Source: Octopus bimaculoides
Taxonomy: Eukaryota
DNA length: 64,000 nt
Reading direction: 5' to 3'
NCBI RefSeq assembly: GCF_001194135.2
Contig: NC_068985.1
Location: 29,353,657 to 29,417,656, forward strand
Shown here: positions 51,500 to 62,925 of the stretch, one piece after another
Position numbering within the stretch: the first letter of the stretch is position 1
How the letters are laid out: every line of letters begins with the position of its first letter
The notes under the pieces: model-generated
What the model was told of the DNA's origin: nothing
Database searches by the model: none
Seen by the model: the letters and a program-made list of their open reading frames with translations, nothing else
Translations under genes and position numbers: made by a program

Positions 51500-52320
51500 C
51501 ATCATCATCATCATCATTTAACGTCAGTTTTCTATGCTAGCATCGGTTGGATGGTTCGACCGGGGTCTGGGAAGCCAGGAGGTTGCACCAGGCTCCAGTC
51601 TGATCTGGCAGCGTTTCTACAGCTGGATGCCCTTCATAACACTAACTACTCCGTGAGTGTAGTGGGTGCTTTTTACATGCCACTGGCACAGGGGCCAGAG
51701 GAGGCTGGCAGTGACCACAATCGGTTGGTTCTTTTTACGTGCCACCGGCACGGAAGCCAGTCAAGGTGGCACTGGCATCGGCCACATTCGAATGGTGCTT
51801 TTTATGTGCCACCGGCACAGGTATCACAACTACAATTTCCATATGATTTTTATTTTGATGTTGATGTACTTGACTCAATAGGTCGCCTCAAACACAGCAG
51901 GTCACCCTACGATCCAAGGTAAGCACAGCAGGTCGTCCTACGATCCAAGGTACTTTTGAATGGGCTGGGGCTGGTTATGTGAAACTGGTGTAGGATACAG
52001 CCGTGAACTCAGTTTATTTGCCGAGTCTTCACAGTCACAGCATATCTCCAGAGGTCTCGGTCTTTCGTCATTGCCTCTGTGAGGCCCAACGTTCGAAGGT
52101 CATACTTGACCACCTCATCCCATGTCTTCCTGGGTCTACCTCTACCCCAGATTCCTTCAACTGTTTAGGAATGGCACTTCTTCACACATCTCTCCTCATC
52201 TATCCATAGTACATGACCATACCAGCCCAAACATCTCTCTTGCACGCCACATCCGATGCTTCTTATGTCTGACATTTCTCTCAGGGCGCTTACACTCTGT
52301 CATGTGTGCGCACTGACAGA
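51500..52320 (-). mobile_element. RTE LINE 3' fragment
   Basis: (CAT)n tail, family 3' UTR, and the reverse complement of GRGRPRKTWDEVVKYDL at about 52100-52150. Confidence 0.88.
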
Positions 52321-53403
52321 CTATAAAAATATCTAGTTCAGTACTGTACTGTCTTGTCCATCTCCATTTCCAGTAAAGATAGATTATAATGAGATCACTT
52401 TGGTCTGATTGTTTAAATGCTTAATGAAAATATTATTTTGAAAAATGAAAAAAAAAAAATGAATGGCAATGTTAAGATAAGAAATCCCAGAGTAAACAAA
52501 TAAACACATATTAAATGTATATAATACAAGTTGTATTATTGTAGGAATTGTATGAGTGTTTAGTCAATGCAGTAGTAAATATTCTAGAATTGCTACATAA
52601 GAGACAACACTGAGTTTGAATTTCGCCTGGGTTAGTTTAGACTTGCTTAACTGAAATGGGAAAATGTGGCATAAATTGGTAGATACTTTAACACAAGATA
52701 AACTCTGCATATTATTATGTGGGTTCGTTATACAACTTCATTCAAATTTAAAACATTTGAAGCACAAAAAGGAATAAAATTATATATCAAGAATAACCAG
52801 CACAATGTCCATGACAATAATGGTGCAAAACTAAAGACTTAAGAACATTTCTCTTTTCAGGTACTTTGGTGATTAAAATACTGAAATCTTAAGGTTTTCA
52901 AATAGTCAGAAAATATATAAAGATTATAACGAGTATATTTTAAAATTAATTATGCTTAGACACAATAGATGTTATCCTCATAAATTATGCAATAACTTTA
53001 TTGTATTTTCAATAACAAGTTGGTTTTGATAAAACAGATCTAATAAGCTTGTTTTAATATTGTTTCCTACTCTCCAGCTTTCTGTAATTTTATATTTTCT
53101 CTTCTTTTGGGTGGGAGGAATTTTATTTACTTTAAAAACATAAGATGATTCTGCAACCAAAAAAAGACAAAAGAACTCCAAATTTCAATTGTTTTTCTAT
53201 TTTGCTGCCTTTGCCACTTTTCTTAACTGTTGCTTTTGATTTCTTAGAAATATTTTTTTCAGATTTACATTGATAAACATCAAAAATTATAATTATAGAA
53301 AAATATATTTTTATATCTTTTTTTAAAGAGGCAAAAAATGTAACTGGAGTATTTAAATTTCTTTTTCTTCTCTCTTTTTTTTTTTTTTTGCAAAATCAGT
53401 CAA

Positions 53404-53475
53404 GGTCTCATGATGTAATGCTTAGCACTCTGGACTTTGAATCCAGGGATCTGAGTTCAAATCTCGGTGAGACCT
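53404..53475 (+). tRNA. trnQ-UUG: tRNA-Gln (anticodon TTG), gene or young pseudogene
   Basis: 72-nt cloverleaf with acceptor stem GGTCTCA/TGAGACC, anticodon stem CTGGA/TCCAG, loop CT-TTG-AA, T loop TTCAAAT, and TTTT at 53487-53490. Deviations from typical eukaryotic tRNA-Gln: D-stem A10 mismatch, D-loop GG read as GC, T-stem T-G wobble. Confidence 0.8.
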
Positions 53476-53491
53476 AAGAGTGTTACTTTTA

Positions 53492-53720
53492 GGCGTAGGA
53501 GTGGCTGTGTGGTAAGTAACTTGCTTACGAACCACATGGTTCCTGGTTCAGTCCCACTGCGTGGCACCTTGGGCAAGTGTCTTCTACTATAGTCTCAGGA
53601 TGACCAAAGCCTTGTGAGTGAATTTGGTACATAGGAGCTGAAAGAGGTCCGTCATATATGTGTGTGTGTGTATATGTTTGTGTGTCTATGTTTGTCCCCC
53701 CAACATCGCTTGACAACCAA
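53492..53720 (+). mobile_element. SINE family A, 3'-truncated, directly after the tRNA-Gln terminator
   Basis: ggcgtaggagtggctgtgtgg...cgcttgacaacc, then homology stops. Confidence 0.85.
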
Positions 53721-54981
53721 TAACATAATCCCAACAAAATAACATAACCACCTTTAAAATGAAAAAAACAAAACCGACGTATACGACTGGTATGTAAAAT
53801 ATATTTGTGTACTTTTTCTGTTTATTCTTAATCTTCGTGTTTTTGCAAGATTGAAAAAAAAGTTTCGGAAAGCTAACATTTTAAAATTCTTCGGGAAGCG
53901 ACACTGTGATAGTTTCTATATTTAACCGTGCGGGTATATTCCTATTTTTGCTCCTGTTCTCTTCTACTTCTCTACTAGAAATGTTTACTTTGGAATTTAC
54001 TTCTATTGAGAAAAAAAAATCGTGTGCATGTTATTTTGAACGAAAGTTTTCTTATGACGGCTTCTCTTCACTGTCTAGAAATCTACGGATGCACATACGC
54101 ACATAACAGAGAAAAATCAAACAAATATGGACGACTTGCTCCGAAACACCACCAAGTGGGGAATGTACATACATCAAGGTATATTTGTAGAAAATTACAC
54201 AAAAAATTATTAATTTTCCTGGAAGTTAAGAAGAATTTAAGTGGACTCTGTTGGAATTTCCGAAAATTGTCCCCCATCCCCATTCCAAAACACTTTCACC
54301 GGAAATTTTTGTATATTCGGATTCTACATAGTAAATACTATATGCATAGAAAATTTCATTAAAAAATATTCATTTTTCTGAAAATTATGACCTCCCAAAG
54401 TCTGGGGGGTAAAACCCTGTAGTTATGCCAACATTTTGTTGACCAGTTCATTGCAAACGAAAGTTAGAAATGCATTCAATCAATTTCTCGCACAAATCAC
54501 AATTTTCATATTTCCTGCGCCACATTAATTCACATGCTCAATTGTCAACAGACAGGTAAAATTTCCAGGTGGATAAAACAGTAGAACACAGTGTTTAACA
54601 AGTGGTTTTAATATATTTGTCATCACGTGCTTTCTTGCAGACAAAAGAGTTCTTATGTTCCAGATTCTGGACAATATAGTCAGAAATATAAACAAAATGT
54701 GATGGGTGCTAAACTAGACCCTGAAAGTTATGAAGGAAAAAAAAATAGATCGTGTGAATTTTCCAGCAGTCCTCTCCTCACCCCTTCGGAAAACATTTTC
54801 TCCACAAATTTCTTTATAATCGTACTCTATGCTGTTTGAAATGCCAACGAAGGATAGCCAATGTGCTTCTGTAAGATTTTATCAAAAGATATCCATTTTC
54901 CTGGAAGTTATGAGGGGGGGAAAAACGGATCGTGTGAATTTTCCAAAATCCTCTCCTCCACCCCTTCGGAAAACATTTTCC

Positions 54982-55590
54982 GGCACTGTCATGGTATTAG
55001 CTGTCAGAAGTGAAAGTAGAAAAATCTGACAAGGAACGTTACTGCTGGTTTGAGTTGATTCTTTGGCTACTGACAGCTAATACCATGACTGGCTGGAGCG
55101 AGCTATCTGTCTGTCTCTCTCTCTCTCTATCTATCTATCTATCACTCGAAAGTTATTGGAACAAATTTGACACCTATATCCATGCGTTTGAAAACACAGA
55201 GAGTATAAGGGTACTACTAAAGCAGAGTGGTCCCGCGCTAGCTAGTCGTGAGTGGTCGATCCTATTATTTTAAAACTTTAAACTTCATTTGTTTTCTATT
55301 TTGATAAATTCTCTCTGTCGAAAATTATATTTTTATATTTTAAATAATTTGCAATTTCAGAAAATATATTTTTATATTAAATTTGCGTTTTCTAATTTGA
55401 TAAATTCTACGGACACAAACAGAGGTGAACGAGTGATAGATAGAGAGAGAGAGACAGACAGACGGACAGATAGCTCGCTCCGGCCAGTCATGGTATTAGC
55501 TGTCAGTAGCCAAAGAATCAACTCAAACCAGCAGTAACGTTCCTTGTCAGTTCTACTTTCAATTCTGACAGCTAATACCATGACAGTGCC
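54982..55590. repeat. Long inverted repeat (arms 54982-55148 and 55430-55590), each arm containing its own 20-bp inverted repeat
   Basis: The arms are near-perfect reverse complements. The internal IR gtcatggtattagctgtcag / ctgacagctaataccatgac lies at 54988-55007 and 55070-55089. Confidence 0.95.
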
Positions 55591-56429
55591 TATCCATTTT
55601 CCTGAACTTATGAGGAGAAAATCGGATCTTGTAAATTTTCCGAAAGCCCCCCACCCCCGTTCGTTTGCACAATTTTTTTGTTTTCATATTCGTTTTCTAC
55701 ACATTTTTTTTTTACACCCAGTAGGCTTTTTTTGTTTTCGTGACCGTGTCTTAAACTGTACATTAACCCCATCATATTTTGTTTCTTTCTAACTACATTG
55801 TCCAGTGTGTCCTCTCGATTTTAATTTTAAGACAATATGTTTGGTTTGAAAGCAATTTGGCTGCTATTTTTAGCAAGTTGAGCAACTACGTAGAAGATTC
55901 CCTCGTTAGTTACTGCGGGTGAGCATAAAGTTAATGCGAATATATAAAAAAGCGAAACTTTAGGTATAAAATGTTTAACCAAAGTATTTAGTATCAACTT
56001 ACCGGATATAAACATCATTTTTATATTTCCCAATTGTGCGTAATTTTAAAATTGTGGTATTTTATTTTTTTTGGTTGTGGTACGTGGAATAACAAAAACG
56101 CAGTTGAAACTTATTTGCAAAAAGAAAACATTACATAGTTTCGGCTTTACGTTCTGGCTTCAAATCCCGCCGAGGTCAACATTGTCTTTCGGCCCTTCGG
56201 GGTCGGATAAAATAAAGTACCAGTCAAACATGGAATCGATATAATTGTCTAGCGCCAATCTTAACAAATTGCTAGCCTTGTGCCCAAAATTGAAACAATT
56301 ATGTAGTCTCGCTTTTTGTATTTTTCTTTCTAGAGTTAATGACAACTTTGAACAAGCGATATAGAAAATACAAAATACATTAGGATCTTTGTAACTTTTG
56401 AATAATTTTAACAACGTACAATATAAACA

Positions 56430-56606
56430 AGGTTATACTAATGATCCAGAAAATTAAATCAAAGAGCAGATACACAAAGAAATTATTGCAAATATTTTGT
56501 AGACAAATCATTAATAGTTCCCGGTATTGCTTCCCCCTTTAACATTTCAATTATCTATGGGTTTTTAACCGAACTTCAAATAACGAAGCTGACAGCGTCA
56601 GCTAGT
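56430..56606 (+). mobile_element. Short Helitron-type non-autonomous element (3' end best supported)
   Basis: Hairpin GCTGAC-AGC-GTCAGC (56588-56602) overlapping a CTAGT terminus. The 5' boundary is uncertain. Confidence 0.45.
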
Positions 56607-56943
56607 TTGACCGAGTGAAATAAAAACGTCAAAGAAAATACACTTGGTACGTTAAAAACAACACTGTAAGCGCGTTGGCTGAATAACCAACCAAAGAACG
56701 AACTGGTCCCTGCTTTTACGAAAACTGAAGATGTTCAAACGCCGGTACAAACGCGTACAGTTTAACATGAAATTTATTGTTAAAAAGCGAAAGTAAACGG
56801 CGATAGAAATCAGAAATGACGACAGTAGAATAGCATAATTTCATTGTATTAAAAAAAGCCTGAAAACTATGCACAGAACGTACATATAGCTTTTACACGG
56901 TCTTTTGAATCTATTTTGCCACATATGTTCATGAATCTACTTT

Positions 56944-58076
56944 TGTTGTTGGCACTCCGTCGCTTACGACGTCGAGGATTCTAGTTGATCCAATCAACGG
57001 AACAGCCTACTCGTGAAATTAACGTGCAAGTGGCTGAGCACTCCACAGACACGTGTACCCTTAACGTAGTTCTTGGGGATATTCAGCGTGACACAGTGTG
57101 ACAAGGCTGGCCCGTTGAAAGAACGGAGAATAGGAATTTTGCTAGAACTGACAGTACCATGGGAAGAGAACATCGACAATGCAGAGAACCGAAAGGAGTA
57201 GAGATACGAAAAACTAATCGAAGAGTGCAGAGAACAGGGATGGACTGTCGAGTACTACCATCTGGCAGTGGGGGCTAGAGGCTTCATTGAAAGAAAAATG
57301 ACAGCGCTATTCAAGAGAAGATTTACGTTTTCAAGCTCAGAACTGAGAAAACTGATAAGGAGGATACAGGAGGCGGTCGAAAAAGCCAGCTTCTATATAT
57401 GGCTGAAGCGGGAAGACTAAATATGGCTTGAAAGTCATAACATGCCTAGGTGAGACAGGCTGACACTGAAGTGGCTTTGCTGATTGACAGGTGACGGTCT
57501 CGGTTANNNNNNNNNNNNNNNNNNNNNNNNNNNNNNNNNNNNNNNNNNNNNNNNNNNNNNNNNNNNNNNNNNNNNNNNNNNNNNNNNNNNNNNNNNNNNN
57601 NNNNNNNNNNNNNNNNNNNNNNNNNNNNNNNNNNNNNNNNNNNNNNNNNNNNNNNNNNNNNNNNNNNNNNNNNNNNNNNNNNNNNNNNNNNNNNNNNNNN
57701 NNNATAGAAGAAAGAAGACATGCACCCAACACCAGAGCTGAAGACACCTCCGAAAGGGGGGCCCCGCCACGTCAAAACGGTAGAGTAATAGGGGCCGAAA
57801 CCGGACGTGGTTCCTCCTGATGATGTCTTGAGCTAACTGGATCCTATAAAGGAGCTGTTGTGGTAGCAGACCGCGAAACATGGTTGAAATTCCAGGTACA
57901 ACAGAAACAGGAAGTAAGAGTGAGAGAAAGTTGTGGTGAAAGAGTACAGCAGAGTTCGCCACCATCCCCTGCCAGAGCCTCGTGGAGCTTTATGTGTTTT
58001 CGCTCAATAAACACTTACAACGCCCGGTCTGGGAATCAAAACCGCGATCCTATGACCACTGGGCCATTGCGCCTCC
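56944..58076 (-). mobile_element. SINE family C split in two (56944-57120 and 57883-58076) by a HERO-like insertion
   Basis: Both halves are reverse-complement matches to consecutive parts of 24954-25328. The head lacks about 20 bp (gcgagtccgctgccctaacc), deleted between two acc microhomologies. Confidence 0.9.
57121..57882 (+). mobile_element. 5'-truncated R2-superfamily (HERO-like) non-LTR retrotransposon: restriction-like endonuclease C-terminus plus probable 3' UTR
   Basis: 57121-57420 translates ERRIGILLELTVPWEENIDNAENRKE*RYEKLIEECREQGWTVEYYHLAVGARGFIERK...QEAVEKASFYIWLKRED*. The ELTVPWEE, K..RY, VG.RGF and ASF.IW.KR motifs are typical of HERO-clade RLE domains. Flanked by gttgaaa direct repeats; contains an N gap. 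Confidence 0.85.
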
Positions 58077-58588
58077 TATATTCATGAAGATACGATGTAA
58101 ATAATACAACTCTCGTTCAACATTATGTGGCTTAAACATAAGAAACCCATCAATCAGATATCAAATGTGCCCTTGTGGCTTTTCACTTCTGTTGTTGGTT
58201 ATACTGCACTGCAGCAGTGTACCCCTGCTGTTATTTCAGAAATGCTCTTGTTATTACTAAAAGATACATAACTAGGTGTCTGTCTGTGTTTGTAAAATTA
58301 TGGAGTTTCACTAATGTCAATTCTAGCGCAAGTTACTTCCACTCTACACTAAACTGCATGCCAGTCCGTTCACGCGCTTTACTATTGTTGTTTTGTTTGA
58401 ATTGAAAGAAAAATGCAAAGAAAGAACCGGATTATTAAAGCTGGATCTGAGCTAGGATCTAAATTATTAGAAACTGGAAGCAAATGTATAAGAAAGAAAA
58501 CTAGATTTAGCTCTTTTTGATCATATTGGTCAGTTGCGAAAGTATACAAGAGCCAAGACATTTTCGTGAGTATAAATTTTTAATTATA

Positions 58589-58973
58589 GGCGCAGGAGTG
58601 GCTGTGTGGTAAGTAGCTTGCTTACCAACCACATGGTTCCGGGTTCAGTCCCACTGCGTGGAACCTTGGGCAAGTGTCTTCTACTATAGCCTCGGGTCGA
58701 CCAAAGCCTTGTGAGTGGATTTGGTAGACGGAAACTGAAAGAAGCCCGTCGTATATATGTATATATATATATGTGTCTGTGTTTGTTCCCCCATCATCGC
58801 TTGACAACTGAAGGTTTTGTGTTTACGTCCCCGTAACTTAGCGGTTCGGCAAAAAAAGACCGATAGAATAAGTACTAGGCTTACAAAGAATAAGTCCTGG
58901 GGTCGATTTTCTCGACTAAAGGCGGTGCTCCAGTACGGCCGCAGTCAAATGACTAAAACAAGTAAAAGAGTAA
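58589..58973 (+). mobile_element. SINE family A, full length
   Basis: Colinear with 29339-29753. Confidence 0.9.
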
Positions 58974-61900
58974 GAAAATAATCGTTGTCTGACTCTATAC
59001 ACTAATACAGTAGCAAAGGAGGCTCTCTACACGATTATTCGTCCTGTTAGAAAAAGCAGCCAAAATTCCCAACTGTTTTATGAAAAGGAAAGATAGCAGA
59101 TAAATGTAGTCGTCAATACACTATCTGAAACCAGCTCACTCTCAAGGCTAACCTGAGACGAAACAACACCATATCAGAAATAAATTTCAGTGGTATTTAG
59201 AACTGGAAATAAGTCTCTTTTCAAGGCTTATGCACGCATGTATGAAAGTAAGGTATTTATGGCCGACTAATAAGCTAGATTTCATTTAAGAGCTGCTATT
59301 CATAGAACTTTTTAATTTTTTTACCGATTGCATATTTCAAATTTTACTCCTTTTTCAATAGAACTTCTTGAATAGCAAAACAATCCTGAAGATACAAAAA
59401 TTAAAAATAAGATTAAATACACTCGAAAGGTAATGGACCCTCGAGAAATATTTATCAACATTTACTAACCATTAAAGATCAAATGTCAACGCGTCATTTT
59501 ATTTCGACATGTTATTACTGACATAAATCTTTAAGTAAAAATTTACTTAAGAAAAATCCGTTCTAAGTTGTTTGGTTTTATAAGAATGTCTATTTATCGC
59601 TGTCATGACAACATCGCGTTTTTACGTTGTGCTTATTTAAAACATTAATTATAACCGCATCATATCCTATCGTCTGAACAACAATACTTTTCTATCTGAA
59701 CCAATCAATAATTTTATCATCTTCCGATTTATGAACATGTAACAGCGTACAATAAAAGTGAAACAAACTGAGAAGAAATGCAATGAAAGAAAATGGAAGA
59801 AAAAGATCTTAATCGTTAACAATCGGCAATGACTAGAAAATCGTCTCCATTTGTTTCTTGTAAGGAAAAGTCTTATTAATGTGGAGGCGACCAATTAAGA
59901 CTGTTTATCAGTCCTCCATTTCGCCCACAAATCAACTGAGTCCACTGTCTAGACACTGACAAAAAGCAACACAAAATCGAATATTACAATTATCATTTTC
60001 TTACATCGGGTATTTTCCAATTTAAATTTTATTAACGATTTTAACTTTCATTCACTGCGCTTCTTTACAATTTGTTTCACATCTTTGTCAGTCATTAAAA
60101 TTCTACGCAAAAAAAGTCATAACTTTACGACTTTTCTTTTTGACAAGAAAAGTGAAAGTAGAAAAATGCGCGCGTGTACGTTTGTATTTATGTGTACGCA
60201 TGTGAATTATATGACTTCATAAATCGAAAGATGACCAATAATTTGTCTACAATAACACTTTAATGATGCCCAATGCAGATAACTTCGCCAGAACTTGTAA
60301 ATTAATAACCGACACTGACTAACGATATAACCTATTACCTAACATCTCGCAAAATGCAAACCAGGGCCTGAACTTAGTTTCTCATGAAAATAAAAACTTT
60401 ATATCAGGTGTACAGCTATGAGCCCAAGATTTATAGGCTCTGCTTATAACAAAGATGGTTAGTATTTATGAACGGCGCTGTTGCTTTTCAATTCACTTGC
60501 TACCACATGAACAAACACTTATACAAACACTTCGTTTCCAGTACCCTATGAAAATTAAAAGTGTTTACCTTATCAAAAGTGTCCTGACGATGGATTTGAC
60601 GAATTACTGGAAAATAGATCCCTGTGGTATTTGTAACAGATAATGATGAACTCTTTTTTTTTTTTTTTCCTTTTTTTTCTACAAAAGTCCAGTCAGTTTT
60701 TGACCTGGAAACCAAGTGTAGCATCAAGTTTCTGGGAATTCTAAGAAAACAAAATCATAACACTTCACATACCTTTTCGGCGGTTTTCGAAAATTCTACG
60801 TAAGAAAAGTCATAACTTTACGACTCTTCCTGAGACGGTTTCTAAGACTCGGAAATGAGCCATAAATTGTTTTCTATTTTCTCGTTGATTTCTTTAATAT
60901 TTTGCCATCGTCAGTGACGACATCAACAAAAGTGAAAGTAGAAAACNNNNNNNNNNNNNNNNNNNNNNNNNNNNNNNNNNNNNNNNNNNNNNNNNNNNNN
61001 NNNNNNNNNNNNNNNNNNNNNNNNNNNNNNNNNNNNNNNNNNNNNNNNNNNNNNNNNNNNNNNNNNNNNNNNNNNNNNNNNNNNNNNNNNNNNNNNNNNN
61101 NNNNNNNNNNNNNNNNNNNNNNNNNNNNNNNNNNNNNNNNNNNNNNNNNNNNNNNNNNNNNNNNNNNNNNNNNNNNNNNNNNNNNNNNNNNNNNNNNNNN
61201 NNNNNNNNNNNNNNNNNNNNNNNNNNNNNNNNNNNNNNNNNNNNNNNNNNNNNNNNNNNNNNNNNNNNNNNNNNNNNNNNNNNNNNNNNNNNNNNNNNNN
61301 NNNNNNNNNNNNNNNNNNNNNNNNNNNNNNNNNNNNNNNNNNNNNNNNNNNNNNNNNNNNNNNNNNNNNNNNNNNNNNNNNNNNNNNNNNNNNNNNNNNN
61401 NNNNNNNNNNNNNNNNNNNNNNNNNNNNNNNNNNNNNNNNNNNNNNNNNNNNNNNNNNNNNNNNNNNNNNNNNNNNNNNNNNNNNNNNNNNNNNNNNNNN
61501 NNNNNNNNNNNNNNNNNNNNNNNNNNNNNNNNNNNNNNNNNNNNNNNNNNNNNNNNNNNNNNNNNNNNNNNNNNNNNNNNNNNNNNNNNNNNNNNNNNNN
61601 NNNNNNNNNNNNNNNNNNNNATTTTCCCCTTCCTCTTTTTCGTAATTTTTCCTTTTCGACTTTTTTTTTACGAAAAAATTTCCAGCTGTGATTTAAACAT
61701 CGATTATGATTCCAAGGGGAAAATGAAAATGTTACTTTTCTACTTTTCGCCTTTTCCTTCAATTTTCCATAACTATTTCGTTTATTTCTTGTATTTAATT
61801 TTTTCAAATATTATACAAAGAATTTCACGATATCCAACCATTTGATGGTATTTCGTTTTGAATATTTTTTATACAAATGTTGACAGAGGGGAAGGACAAT

Positions 61901-62639
61901 TTTTGTTTTTTTTACTCAAATTGTAATCTCTGATGTTTAAAACATACAAATCAGAAGCGCCGTTTTAGTGGACCAGATCATTCCTACCCCTATTTCTACA
62001 GAATCAGTAATATTATATTGCAAATGATCATTGAGACATAATTTTTACTTGCTGTGTAAATGTTTATCTGATGATAAGCAGTGAGAATTAAAAGAATATA
62101 TATTGGAAGTTTAGTAGAGATGGTTTGTAACCTTGAAAGATGGAGACCTTGAGGTCGTTGACCTCTGTCTGGCTCTGAGTATGACATCATGATTGATTGA
62201 TACAAATAATCTTGTGAATTTTCACTTTATCAGTAACTTCTCTCCCCTCTCTCTAAATGTTAATATTTTCATTTCATTTATTATATTAATGTATAATTGT
62301 TATTCCAATCACAATGTATAAATGGTATTTCTGTGCTACAGCAGAGCAAAAAAATAACTGCTGATGAAGCTATACATACATCTGCTTTGAGATATTGGAT
62401 ATAGATCATTCATTTGACAGAGAAGACTTCGAGATAAATGATCTAAAGAACATAATAGTTCAGAACGATGAAGACTGATTTCAATGAGTCTGATACAGGT
62501 GTTCAAACAAATCTGGGACTTAAGGTGTTTCTATGAACACTTTACAGTTTTTAGGATTCTCAAGTTATAGAAAAAAAAATTGACAGAAGTTGAACTACAA
62601 ACAGAAAGTAGAAGCAATGACATTCGTATGAAGCATGGT

Positions 62640-62925
62640 AAAAGGTGAACCAGTTACAATATTTAGATTATTCATAGATGAACCCCTGTTACAGCTGATG
62701 GGAAACTACTCAGACCTTTATAGTAAGAGCAATGCCACTTTTTAAACCACTTGAGGAACTAGAAATGTTCACTGGCTTCCAAATTCCTAGAAGGATTCTC
62801 GTAAGAAATACTTCTCTCAAACTTTTGTGAAATAAACAATGGCAGTGGGAACCATTTTAAAGCTCAATGAATAAAGGCCATGCTGAATGTATAATGGAGC
62901 ACTTGCACTTCGATGGCATTAACAT
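62640..62925 (+). mobile_element. piggyBac-like transposase fossil
   Basis: GEPVTIFRLFIDEPLLQLM..SDLY..SNATF..LEELEMF..RKYFS..IMEHLHFDG resembles PGBD P.ELF.LFFD.ELL..T.EEL..F..YWS..RFE.I..LHF.DN. Confidence 0.7.

Noticed and set aside
57791-57889. Hammerhead ribozyme core words (GAAAC at 57797 and 57875, CTGATGA at 57817) in the HERO-like 3' region
   Set aside because: I could not pair stems I, II and III in any type I, II or III topology: no G-C closing pair for stem II and no stem I hairpin. An Infernal search with hammerhead models would settle it.
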